A stretch of DNA of 64,000 nt from the NCBI RefSeq assembly GCF_036321535.1, contig NC_087437.1:51648001-51712000 (forward strand), in the 5' to 3' direction. Below, piece after piece: positions 12,831 to 24,539 of this stretch. A program made the position numbers and the translations under genes. This DNA is from Camelus dromedarius (Eukaryota). Under the pieces are notes generated by a model, which had not been told where the DNA came from, did not search any database, and was given only the letters and a program-made list of their open reading frames with translations. Numbering within the stretch: the stretch's first letter is position 1; the number at the start of each line of letters is the position of its first letter.

Positions 12831-15085
12831 AAAAAGAGTCCACAATATTCAGTTGAATATTGAACATTTGGCTTTATATCTGCCCACATGCAAACAGTGG
12901 CCAACATGGCAGCTTTACAGTTCTTTTCTAATAAACAGTGACACATCAAGATAAAGTGAAGATTGTACAAAGGAACACATCTATAAAGTTGAAAGCGTAT
13001 CATACTTCTGTGATTTAAGGAAAAAGTCTGAAAACTAAAATTTTCACTGAATGTTATAAAAACATCTTTGAATAGAAGGTAACATTGTTGCTATTTTCTT
13101 TTGAAATAAAATAAATGCTTGCAAAATAGGGTTAGTGACACATTGTAAAAAATAAAACCCTCCAATTACCAGTGCATGATAGGTTATTAGAAGGATGATA
13201 GGAAAAAAATCCAACTGAAATGATTTTTTATTCCACTGAATTCTGATAACACTGTTCTAATAAAAACTGAAAGAGATAGTGAGAGCTGTAGAATGTCGGC
13301 TGTGTAATGAGACCCGGCCGGGATGAGGAGGTGCTCGGCTCACATGGATAAGGTTAGGAAATAAAAAAAGCCATAGTGGAAATTTATTTTCACCATTACT
13401 GACAATTGATACAGAGGTGTTGACAGTATATTGAAACCCTAAAAAATGATTTTACAGAAAAAATAATTCCCTTTTCTAATGTCATTATATGTGCCACAGA
13501 TTTAGCCTCAGCTATAATTTGCTGGCAGCACAGGCTTGTAGGCCATAAAAAAAAATTAGCAACAGATGTTTAGCACAATGCAGAGGAAAACATTTTGTGA
13601 AAAGTGTGCATTATTTTATTTATTTTGGATTCCTTGCTGTTTCTCGGGATTTTCAGTTACTCTGATACATTCCCAAGTGTCCATCTTTGAAGGCTAACTT
13701 CTCTAAGACTGCTTGTCTTCTCTTCCAATCCAGCCTCTATTCTCCACCCCCTGATGAAACAAAATAACCCCAGGTCACCATGAAATAAGTGGGGTCTAAA
13801 AGTCAGACCTGTAAAATGTAGGGTTGCATTTTTGTGACGTTAATGAAAACTATTTTCTGGGAGGTCTGTACTATCCAAAAAAGGCACAAAGGTAAAGATA
13901 TTCAAGCAAGTTGTACACAACTATCCATATACCCAGCTGAGTGAGTTCCAATTCAGTTACACTCAACCTGTCCTCGCCATTGCCCCTCATCCCCCAACAC
14001 CAGCCTGCACTGTCCAAGCCTGCAACAGCGTTGCCCGGGATTCTCGTGTCAACTGGACCACATGCATTCAATCAAGCACCTTCCATATAATCATGGAGAC
14101 TCAAGAGAGCACTCATCCTCTCTCTCCATCTGTTTTTTTTTTTTTTTTAAGTGTGTGTGTGTGTGAAGACCAAAATGACAGTGGCTAGCTTTCAGAGCAC
14201 CATGAACTGTACATGTCCCAAACATTATTTTTTTTAAAGTTTTTATTTATTTATTTATTATTAATATTTTTTCCTTTTTCAGTTTTATTAGGTAGAATTA
14301 TTACAGTTTGACTGCATATATACATTATATTGCATGTAAATACATACATACAGTCCCAAACATTATCTTTAATCATAGCACCCGCCTGGTAGGGTTAGTG
14401 CTATCAGTCTCTCAGTTCAGGTTTGGCAACCAGGGCTGGTCCGAGGCCTGGATTGAATTCCATTGTATTAAAATATGGATTATCTCGGGGTTTACTGTAT
14501 ATGCTCTTCAAGGTCTTTTTAATTACTAGTAGGCAGGCATTGAAATTTCAAGACAGGGGATATGATCTCTGAGATATTACATCACTGTTTTGTTTCATGT
14601 CATACAGAAGGCAATTTTTCTTCGCTACTCATAAATAAGGCCAGTGTGTATTCTTCCTTATATTTTCTTCTTTGAAAGCCTATAATTTGCTTAACATGTT
14701 ATTCCTGTTTCCATTAAGGTTATTCCTTCTTTCTCTTATTATATACAAATCAGCCTGGTATGTTACTGTACATCTCCACACTAATTTAAATTCTGATGTT
14801 AACTGGAAACTCGTTCTTTCATTCTTCTGCATTCATAGTAACGAAATACTTCCAATATTCTTACTTTTAAATCTAAACTCTCTCATATAAGGAAGTGCAA
14901 TTATGTGACTCTATTATGCGTACTAGTATAGCAACAGCAAGAGAGCATTTCCATATCGAAATGTACATTATTTTATTATCGATCCTTTTATCTCTCCTCT
15001 TAATTTCAGTTAGGATATGAAAATGGGGAAAGACTGACACCTGGGAGTCTGTCTAGCTCTCACCACTCAGCATCCAGTGTTCTCC

Positions 15086-15492
15086 TGTTGCACATAAACA
15101 ATTTCACAGATTGCCAGTGTCAGACAGGGCCACTCTGTGACCTTAATGAATCTACAGAAAGACAAGAGGGCTCTGTAATCATGTCTGAACAGAGACAATT
15201 GTGAACCTGGTCCAAACCACAGAAGTGACTGAGCATCTCCCTATCTTGGCTAATACAGGTGACTGCTGCTCCTTTACAATGGTAGCTTTAGCCTTGCTCT
15301 GGTCTGCCCTCCTTCTCAGTAGCATTTATCAGAATACCCAATTATAGAACCATTCCTGCTTCTTGAGAGCATCCAGTCCAAAGCAAAGCATCACTTCCAT
15401 GAATCCCCCTGAAAGTCACCTAAGACAAGCCTAAATCCTCTAAGTCCCTTCTACCACATTTCACTGAGGGTCTCTGGCTGGGCGGCATTGGC
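15086..15492 (+). mobile_element. ERV1 LTR (LTR37-like)
   Basis: cagacagggccactctgtgacc...gtaatcatgtctgaacagagacaa...gtccaaaccacag; TG...CA ends. Confidence 0.65.
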
Positions 15493-15506
15493 AGATATTA
15501 TAGTGT

Positions 15507-15507
<1 letters not shown>

Positions 15508-15549
<42 letters not shown>
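15508..15549. repeat. (TATC)n microsatellite
   Basis: About ten direct TATC units. Confidence 0.95.
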
Positions 15550-15859
15550 ATCTTTGTGATTATGTATGTAAGTAGATTATATTATCTATGAATTTCAGTT
15601 CAAGATAGTAAGGAGCTTTACAAATAACTTGTTATAAAAAGAGGGTATAAATTTGGTAGGACCATTGATAGTAATTCTCTGAACTTGACCCTGCCTACAG
15701 GTAAATCTCGGTGTATTGTTTAGTCTGCACATAAATCTTGTGTAGACTTCACACAGAATGCCACTTAAATGAGCAGGTAGTGTCAAATTACAAAAAAGAA
15801 AAAGTTCTGAAACTAAATACAGAGCAAACTGCTTTTTGGCTTGAGAAAAATGACTGGTT

Positions 15860-16862
15860 AAAGGCAGCCTACTGAATAGAAGAAGATATTTGCAAATTAT
15901 AAATATGATTAAGGTATTAATATCCAAAATATATAAAGAACACATACAATTCAATAGCAAAAAAAAATCTGATTAAAAAATGGGCAGAGGATATGAGTGG
16001 ACATTTTTCCAAAGAAGACATACAGATGGCCAACAAGCAAATGAAAAGATGCCCAACATCACTAATCATCAGGGAAATGCAGATCAAAACTACAGTGAGA
16101 TATCACCTCACATCTGTCAAAATGGCTGTTATCACAAAGACCAGAAGTAACAAGTGTTGGTGAAGATATGGAGAAAAGGGAACCCTGTGCACAGTTGGTG
16201 GGAATGTAAATTGGTGCAGCCACCATGGAAAACAGTATGGAGGTTCCTCAAAAAAAATAAAAGTAGAACTACATATGATCCAGCAATTCCAATTCTGGGT
16301 ATTTACCGAAAAGAAGCAAAACACTAATTTAAAACAAAAACAAAAACAAAAACGAAAACACTAATTTAAAAAGATAAATGCACCTCTATGTTCATTGCAG
16401 TGTTATTTACAATAGCCAAGATGTGAAAGCAACCTAAGTGTCTGTCAAAGGATGAATGGACAATAAAAATGTGGTGTGTATATATATACACACACACACA
16501 CAGTGGAATACTCTTCAGCCATTTGCAGCAACATGGATGGACCTTGAGGGCATTATGCTAAGTGAAATAAGTCAGACTGAGAAAGACAGCTACCCTATGA
16601 GCTCACTTAATGTGTGGAATATAAAAACAAACAACAAACAAACAAAAAGATTGGTAGTCACCAGAGAGGAGGCGGGTGAAAGGAGAGAAGAGAGTTAAAA
16701 ATTATAAACTCCCAGCTATGAAATAAAGAAATCACAGGGATGTAATGTACAACCTGGGAGTTATAATTAATAATACTGTACTGTATATTTGAAAATTGCC
16801 GAGAGAGTGGACCTTTAAAGTTTTCATCACACACACAAAGTAAGAGAGAGAGAAAAAAAAGA
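15860..16862 (+). mobile_element. L1MA-type 3' fragment
   Basis: gaagatatttgcaaat...cagggaaatgcagatcaaaac...gcaacatggatggaccttgagggcattatgctaagtgaaataagtcagac. Confidence 0.9.
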
Positions 16863-17207
16863 AAACAGAACATGACTGGGAAGGGCCTGTTTTGTGTCTA
16901 TCTGTCTGGCGGTGCTCTGGTTTTGTCCCCTTCGTCATTGTTTCATGCTTCCTGTTACTCGGACATTTGGGGCACTATGGTTGGGGCATTAAATCTTGTT
17001 CCCATGTAGGACACTCATATCTCCCTATCATTTACCTTTCAAATTTGTACTTTTTCGTCTGGCAAATTGTTAGCACATCTGGCATCTCAACTATCCTGCC
17101 TGAAACTGTTAAATTAAGCAAGCGGGGAGACGTGTTTTCACTACCTTGAGGAATGAAACTGCCATCTTTTCTTACTTTTCGAAAATTAGTGACTAAAAAG
17201 AGGTTGA

Positions 17208-17311
17208 GGGGGAGGGTATAGCTCAAGCGGCAGAGCTCATGCTTGGCATGCACAAGGTCCTAGGTTCAATCCCCAGTACCTCCTCCAAAAGTAATTACCA
17301 CCCCTACCCCA

Positions 17312-17348
<37 letters not shown>
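17208..17348 (+). mobile_element. tRNA-Ala-derived SINE (camelid Vic-1 type), young
   Basis: ggggagggtatagctcaagcggcagag head with A and B boxes, a long pure poly(A), and TSD aaaaagaggttg / aaaaaggggttg. Confidence 0.9.
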
Positions 17349-17351
<3 letters not shown>

Positions 17352-18369
17352 GTTGGGACACTTAGGAAATTCTGAGAAGCTGCAATGATAAAGATAAATT
17401 ATGTTTTATGAGTGAAAAACATTCCCCTGCTTATATAGACATTGTGTTTCCCAACTGCACAGCGCCTTCTGCTCACACCCTCTCCGAATCAGCCTGCTTT
17501 TGCCATTTGCTGGATCCCTTGGTGCACGCTGGACAGCAATTCATCAAAGAAAGCTTGCTTTGAATAGAGTGTAGGAGAAGGTGGTGCAGATACTTACGGC
17601 TAAACATCAATATATGATCTAACATCTTCCAGGTAGAGCTCAGGCTCACCTCAGTGTCTTGGGAGAATTGCAAAGTAGAGGAGAAAGTGGCCCCATTACC
17701 AAGGACACCACCGGCAGTGAGGAATGGGGAAGCGTAGTCTCTGGGCTCACCTGGAAGCTGGAAGGTGGTCCAGAGCCTATGGGGGGTCGGAAAGAGGAGC
17801 GAGGGAGAAGGAAAGTGTGAGGGGTGCAGAGAGAAAGAAATAGAGAAACAAGAGGGAGTTGTGGGGACTCAGAGGGATACCCAAGTGAGGCTCTAAAGGG
17901 TTGAAAGACTAAAAATATGGATCATTATCCTGTCTGTGGTCCCTTTTGCTAGTAAGGAGAGAGGAAGTTGGATGGTAGGCACTCAATAACCAAGGCTAAT
18001 GAACTAAATAATTAACTGTACACTGTACAACCATCAAACTGGAATAATGCTCACTGTGGTTCTGGAATTAACTTCCAGTCCCACCTTGCCAAGATGCTAG
18101 TAAAATCTTCAGCTGGACGTGACTCTGGGGGATGTCCTTGTCCTAAGCATGTGCATTTCTTCCTATTCTTTCATCATCCAGTTTTACTTCATGACCGGTA
18201 CCAAAACCAACACTTTGTTGATGCAGCTTGGGCAACACTATGGGGCAATGCAGGACCAGTTCCACTGGTAACTTGTAGAGTAAGTTCCCTCCCAATGTCC
18301 TGGGGGCCATCCTTCCCTGGCAGAGGAAGGAGGGGAAGGAGGAACTGGGTATAAGAAATGAGGCTTTGT

Positions 18370-18730
18370 TGACTACTCCCTTTCTTAAAACAACATCAAT
18401 ATTTGATTTCTGTGTTAGGTCCTGGTTTTCCTCCCACCTCCCTGGCTACTCTTTCCGGGTCTGCCTCATGAATGCCCTTCTTCCTTCTCCCAACTAAATG
18501 TGATGCCTCCCAGATTTCTGCTCCAAGCCCTCTTCCCCATACCCTCTCCCTGGGTGATCTCATCCATCCCCATAAATGGCTTTAATGACTGTTAAAGACC
18601 CAGATCACCCTCCCTACCCATTCCTTTCTCTTGAGCTCCAGACACATAATGTACATCCATCTGCTTCCAGCACAACATCTTAAATTTCGTATCTCCATTC
18701 AAAATTCACCTCTTCTTCTCCAGTCACCTC
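18370..18730 (+). mobile_element. LINE-2 fragment
   Basis: ccctctccctgggtgatctcatccatccc and ttgagctccagac are L2 ORF2 hallmarks. Confidence 0.7.
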
Positions 18731-19768
18731 TGTGGTCTTCATTTTCTCGCCGATTGCATTTACTTTCTTCTTCAGCTGAACAAGCTTTGGCTTGCCCCCC
18801 ACCCCTTGCCCTCCTGACCTCCAACCATGGTGTCCTTGTCAGGAACATCTAACCTGCTCTCCAGCCCGTGGTATGGTCTTTGCCCATGTGAATATTCAGT
18901 CTCTCAAACTAATACGTATTGAGCATCTACTGCACACCACCCTCTGTGTTAAGTGTCGTATATGCAGAACCTCATTTATTTCTCACGATACCTCTGTGGG
19001 GTAGCTATTATCATTTCTGCTTAACCCTAATCATTTCCTCCTTTGAAGCTCATGCTATGCACAATTCCTGTCTTCTGCCCTCCTGGATGTCTTACCCCTT
19101 GCTATTTCCAGATTTACCGAGGGCTCGGGCACTGGGGTCCTCTCCAGCCCAAGGTTACCATTCCCAGGCATGTCATTATCCTTGCTTAGTTCTTTCCCAC
19201 AATGCTGGACACCCAGTTCTGGGTTTTCTCATCTTTAGTGACCTTCACCTCCAACCCTTTTCAGTCACCCACACCTTAGTCATCTGGCAGATCAGTTATC
19301 ATTAACAGGAAAACCCTTTACTCTGATATAGAAGCCCTACCATCTCTCTGTGATTGAAATAACATTCTACCCTTTTGGCCCTGACAGGCAGTAATTAATT
19401 CTGGGTAAGGGCATTATGGTAGATTTCAAAATACTTTAACCTGCTTTTTGTTATTTTCTAAGATGTCTAAAATGTAGAAGATGAATAATTGAAAAAAACC
19501 TCTAAGCATTATTTTTTTAATTTAAAAATAAATGTCACCAACCTGCACACCTATCACTCTGTCTTTCCTGCTAGAGGGAACAGGGAGAAGTTCATATAAC
19601 ATTACATAGTCATAGTAACACTGCAATAGGAACCTATATCAATGGAGTTCATTTAAAAGGAAGTTACTGTTATTCTTTTGGAAAGTCTCCAACAATCACA
19701 GCAAACACAGTTGACATGAATCATGTTTGAGTGGCTGTATTCTGGTATGCTGAGTATGATGATTAATT

Positions 19769-19878
19769 TTATTTATTCATTATTTTTTACTGTAGTCAGT
19801 TACAATGTATCAATCTCTGATGTACAGCATAATGTCCCAGTCATACATATACATACATGGATTCGTTTCCATATTCTT
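19769..19878 (-). mobile_element. Very short L1 3' end insertion
   Basis: Flanked by the 14-bp TSD tatgatgattaatt (19755-19768, 19879-19892); body tgtagtcagttacaatg...catacatatacatac. Confidence 0.85.
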
Positions 19879-20263
19879 TATGATGATTAATTGTATGTGT
19901 TAACTTGGCTGGGCCATTGTTCTGTCAAACACCAGCCTAGATGTTGCTGTAAAGGTATTTTTTAGATGTGATTAACATTTAAATTGGTAGGCTTTGAGTT
20001 TGCAGATATCCCTCCATGACATGGGTGGGCTTCATCCCATCAGTTGAAGGCCTTAAGGAAAAAGCCTGAGGTGCCCTCAGGAAGAAGGAATTGTGCCTCC
20101 AGACCACCTCCAGACTCAAGATGGCAACATCAACTGTCCCTTGCTGGCATGCCCTGACAATTTTGTACTTGCCAGCCCTCACAATCTCATGAGCCAATTC
20201 CTTAAGTTCTCTATCTACCCACATCGTACCATTTCTGTTTCTCTAGAGAGCCATGACTACTAC
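19879..20263 (+). mobile_element. ERVL LTR (MLT2-like)
   Basis: gtgttaacttggctgggcc, ctagatgttgctgtaaaggtatt, cagttgaaggccttaa, gagccaattccttaa. Confidence 0.85.
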
Positions 20264-20629
20264 ATTGGGCAAGGGCCAAATGTGCAGGACAAGCATTCCC
20301 ACACGCAGCACAAATGAAGGTAAACAGGACCCACCTCTGTAAATTACTTTCCACCTCGCCCCTAGCCAGCCACTTTTCTATCCCTCTAATTCCTCCTCAT
20401 TAAATCAGGTCCAGCATCTGGTAAGACTCATTTACACTTGCTGATGGACAGATTCTACTTTAGCAGGTGTTTTCAGCCAGTGTGTGATGTCCTTAGCATT
20501 TTAAGCTTCTTGTTTCTAAGCTGAAGAAGGAAGAGTCTTAACATTATCCTCGAATTAAGGATGTTCCACCAACAGGCAAAGAGATGTGTTTCTCATAAGG
20601 CAGCCTGAGAGGAAATCGGTGTTGAGCCT

Positions 20630-20840
20630 TCAGGGAGGGGGCACAGCCAGGTTTTGTGGGGGTCCCTCTTTGGAAAAAAGAATATGGAAATATCTTACTT
20701 TTGCAATTTTTCAGTGATGTGTGTGTGTGATCACATGAACACCTTGCTATGGTCCCTCCCAGGGCTTTGGATGGCAGATATAAAGGGAAGGGCCCTGAAA
20801 CTTAAGCTGTACTAGCTTCAGGGTAAAGCTGGCTCTGTTT
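20630..20840. mobile_element. hAT-Tip100-like non-autonomous DNA transposon
   Basis: ccaggttttgtggggg...gggccctgaaacttaagct..actagcttcagggtaaagctggctctg. Confidence 0.5.
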
Positions 20841-21464
20841 CTGGGCTTTTCAGGGTAGGGACAGAAAGAAGGGCACTGGCCTCTCCTCAGGTTGGTTCCT
20901 GCTTCACGAGGGGACTGGCCTGGTTCCAGGTCCTGAAGGAAGACGTTTCTTTTCTCCTAGACCCAGAGTGTCCCTCTCCTCCAAACCCTGCCCATGTGGG
21001 TTGCCAGACCCTTGCTCCACTTCCATTCTTTCTCTAGTTCCTCTTCTCTGTCTTAACCCCTGTCACATGGTTTCCAGGGCCTATTTCCCTGATGTGTGCA
21101 CCTGCTTCTTTAGGGAGTGCTCAGTGATACTTCACATGACAATGTGCAGCCTATTTTGCCTTCCATCTGCAAATTCAAATCCCTGTCTGCACTTCATAGA
21201 ACTTTTCAGTCTCTGATGAAGTATCTCTGTGTGGGAGGTGGTGTCATTGCAGCTGCTTTACTAATAAGTGCTTTGCTCTGTGATCACTTCTCTACATCTA
21301 AGGCCAGCATTCCTCCCTTCTCCCTGCCTCTTCAGGCTTCCAAGATTGCTGGATTTATCATCCCACATCAGCAAACCCATGCTGTCAGAAGCAGTTTTCT
21401 AACTGAACCCAGGGATAAGTATTTTTACATAGTTTGCTTTCACATATTTCACTAAGTGTATGAA

Positions 21465-21470
21465 TTTATT
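21465..21470 (-). terminator. Candidate polyadenylation signal (AATAAA) for the TEDDM-like gene
   Basis: First minus-strand AATAAA (plus-strand tttatt) that I found downstream of the stop codon; it implies a ~0.95 kb 3' UTR. Confidence 0.4.
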
Positions 21471-22398
21471 AGCACCACCTCTCCTGGCTGAAAAGTTCTG
21501 CAGATTCCAGAGGCTGACATTCTCAGGGTGCTTCTTGGCTCCGAGTCCCTGCGTCTCCAGGACCACTGAGGTCATTTCTGTCCATGTTTCATGGCAGTTC
21601 CTCCCCTTCTGCTCCCACCAACTGAAATCAGGGCCTTTTCTTTGATCTTGCCCCAGAATCACTCACACAAGACACGTATATGTGTATCACAGACTTTTAC
21701 TGAAATACTACATAACAATGGAGTTGTTTTATGCCACAGCAAAAACCAGACAACTGAAAATGTTACAAATATGATCCTTGTTTCTTACACCGCCTTTGGG
21801 AATTCCTCCCATGCCTCCTCTCTCCCCAGACTTGAGCCCCGTTACACTGATTGCCACCCCTTACTCCTGCAGGAAGTTACCTCATTCAGTTTAGATTAGA
21901 AAACAACAACAAAGCAAGCTTTTCATCTTGTTACCTTTAGTAAGAATAAAAAACAGGGAGAAATGAAGAAAACAGACCCCCCCCCCAACACACACACACA
22001 TTTCAAATCTCCAGCTGCAGGCCCACAGGAGCGCATGCTCACCAGCTCTGCCTCAGACAGTCCCCAGAGACCCCCCCACCTCCCTCTATTTCCTCATTTC
22101 GTTTCCTCCTCTTGGATCTTAAAAGCTGTCAGAGAAAAAGCACTACTCCTGTTCTCACTTCATGTAAGTCCCTGGTTAAGAACCATTCTGAACAGCAAGA
22201 CAGGAAAGAGACTGGCCTGGAGAGAACAGAGTGATGCAAGTAATCCTAGGAACTAGAAGTTTCCTTTAGGAACAAGGAAGGGGTCTCCTGTGATGGAAAG
22301 CCACACCGTAGATCCCAGGACATTTCTGTGCTGTGCACACGGTGGGCATCCCCAAAACTCTCATTACAAAAGGTGCAGCACAAAGACAGAGTGTGTGT

Positions 22399-23286
22399 CT
22401 AGATGCCCCTGTCCTGCAGTGGGCCCCCCGCAGTGAGCCTCTCAAGCTCTGGGCTGCCCTCACCCGTGGGGCACAGCTCATACTTGTTGCCTGAGGCCTC
22501 TCTCCAGGAGGAGAAGCGATGGTGCCAGAGGCTGCAGAGGCCATAGACAGCAGCTAGCATGGCAGCTGCTAAGCCCAGGTGCCAGCAGAAGAAGATGGTA
22601 AGGAAGGCGAGGTCCACGGGGTTCTCTGCCCGCCAGGGCTGCCCGGAGGGAGGCACGTACAGCAGCACGCTGAAGTGCAGCATCCAGTTGCTGAGCACCA
22701 GACCCATCCAGGTCTTGAGCACCCAGAGTTGGGGCTGGTCAGGGACCCAGACCTCGATGGTGAGCACCAGGCTGACCAGGAAGGTGGGCACCATGAACAG
22801 GACGTGCACGCGGATCTCCAGCGTACCCTTGTTCTCAATGTGGGACCCCATCATCAGCACCAGCACAAAGAAGGCCAGGGCCTCGGCCGCCCGCTCCAGC
22901 TTCATGTTCTGCCGCGCCTGGCACGCCTGGCTCACGATGTCCACCACGCCGCTGAGCAGGAAGAACCCGTACATGGTGACGTGCTGCCAGTTGTCCTTGA
23001 ACATGAACGGCCGCCGCGGGTCCTCCCAGTCCACCATCCTCAGCCGGCTTACTCCGAGAGGGTAGAAGAACTCGGGGAAGATGCCTATCAGGCTGATGAC
23101 TATCTTCACCACTCCTTCCACAGGGAACAGCTGCCACCACCTGTGCCCTCGCTTCTCCCTTGGGGGCAGAGGGGGTCTGAGGAATCTCTGTCCCCGTAGC
23201 AGGGCCAAGGATGTCAGCACCGAGTAGTAGAGTGAGTAGAAGAGGAAGAATGACCCTGGGAGCAGGTGTCCCTCGAGGGTTCCCAT
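22399..23286 (-). CDS. Intronless transmembrane epididymal protein family member (TMEM45/TEDDM1-like, DUF716), 295 aa; probably the Teddm3-type paralogue
   Basis: Uninterrupted ORF. The ORF track starts at a GTG (23346), but the first ATG (23286) has a strong Kozak context (gagaccATGG) and gives the family N-terminus MGTLEGHLLPGSFF. Family motifs NWQHVTMYGFF, LEIRVH, WMLH and FFCWH are present, along with about seven hydrophobic segments and GC-rich third codon positions. Confidence 0.95.
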   Translation of the reverse strand: MGTLEGHLLPGSFFLFYSLYYSVLTSLALLRGQRFLRPPLPPREKRGHRWWQLFPVEGVVKIVISLIGIFPEFFYPLGVSRLRMVDWEDPRRPFMFKDNWQHVTMYGFFLLSGVVDIVSQACQARQNMKLERAAEALAFFVLVLMMGSHIENKGTLEIRVHVLFMVPTFLVSLVLTIEVWVPDQPQLWVLKTWMGLVLSNWMLHFSVLLYVPPSGQPWRAENPVDLAFLTIFFCWHLGLAAAMLAAVYGLCSLWHHRFSSWREASGNKYELCPTGEGSPELERLTAGGPLQDRGI

Positions 23287-24031
23287 GGTCTCTGTGTGTG
23301 TCCGGGGACCACCAGGGCGACAGCTGGGGATGAGCAGCAACCTCACAGATGCTCCTCACAAGCAAGAGTGGCTGCTTCTGAGCGGTGGGGAGATCTTCCT
23401 GATGGAGCCCCACCCTTGCCTTCCATGCAGGGAAAGGCGCCGGAAGCATCTGAGTCACTCCTGGGTGGGATCTTTTCCAGCCCTGTGATGTGATGGTGTG
23501 CACCGCACCTCACTGTGTTCCTTACTTGGGTGCTAGCCCTGGAATTTCAACCTCTGCCCCTTACTGCAGGCACTGCTTTGCCTTTTCTCCCATGGCCTCC
23601 ACTCTACCCCTCCCCAAGGAGGGAGGAAGGAGGGAGTTAAGTGCCCAAGCAAAGAGGGGTGGTGGTTGATTCTCTTCTATTGACTGTCACTCAGTGCCAG
23701 ACACGTTACATAATGTTTTCTGATTTAAATCCCTCAACAACTCTATGATGGAGTTATTGCTAAACAAATTTTACAGGTGCCATTAAGGCTCAGAGTTGGG
23801 AAGAGACATGCACGAGGTCCCAGCTAGCAGCCAGCACAGTAGAGCCAGAAGGGGGACCAGGTCTACTCATCTGTCTACAAAGTCCTGAGTTTGTAAAGGT
23901 AGCAAAATGGCTGAATCTCATCTCCAACACTTGCAAATCACATGCAAGTTACTTTGTCTTCTTGAGCTTTGGTTTCCTGATCTGTAGAATGGGAATCATA
24001 ATTCCTTCATAGGTTTGTGAAGGATTAAATA

Positions 24032-24539
24032 CAGACATACCTCATCTGATTGCACTTTGCTTTATTGAGCTTTGCGGATGCTGTGTTTTTTGGGGGGAGG
24101 GGTTTGTTTTTGTTTTAGTTTATGTTTACAAATCGAAAGTTTGTGGCAATCCTGCATCAAGCAAGTCTACTGGCACCAGTTTTCTAACAGTACTTGCTCA
24201 CTTTGTGCCTCTGTGCCACATTTCGGTAATTCTCATAATCTTTCAAACTTTTTCCTTATTTTGTATATTTGTTATGGTGATCTGTGATCAGTGTGATCTT
24301 TGATGTCACTATTGTAATTGTTTTTGCATTTTTTTTAGCAACAAAGTATTTTAAAATTAGGGTATGGGTTTTTTTTAGACATAAAGCTATTTATTGCACA
24401 CTTAATAGACTACAGTATACTATAAACATAACTTTGATGTGCACTGGGAAACCAAAAGATTTGTGACTTGCTTTCTGGCAATATTTTCTTTATTGCAGTG
24501 ATGTGGAACTGAACCTGCAGTATCTCTGAGGTCTGCCTG
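24032..24539 (+). mobile_element. Tigger1-derived non-autonomous DNA transposon inserted in a MIR
   Basis: Terminal inverted repeats cagacatacctc / gaggtctgcctg with a TA target duplication (24030-24031, 24540-24541); the interior is Tigger1 end sequence. Confidence 0.9.

Larger units (their letters stand above)
14890..15668 (+). mobile_element. hAT-Charlie MER20B-like element, 3' part (interrupted by an LTR and a TATC repeat)
   Basis: gagcatttccatatcgaaatgtacattattttattat and tatattatctatgaatttcagttcaagatagtaagg...ttgttataaaaagaggg match the recalled MER20B 3' half. Confidence 0.6.

Noticed and set aside
12762..13140. Processed 3' UTR retrocopy ending in (CAAAA)n
   Set aside because: The TTTTG run lies inside MER20B-like sequence that continues past it, and I found no canonical poly(A) signal or TSD.
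22559..23199. Long plus-strand ORFs (168 and 206 aa) antisense to the TEDDM-like CDS
   Set aside because: Expected shadow ORFs of a GC3-rich coding strand, with no recognisable protein.
23287..23346. 20-aa N-terminal extension in the ORF track
   Set aside because: It starts at GTG; the family N-terminus and strong Kozak ATG begin at 23286.
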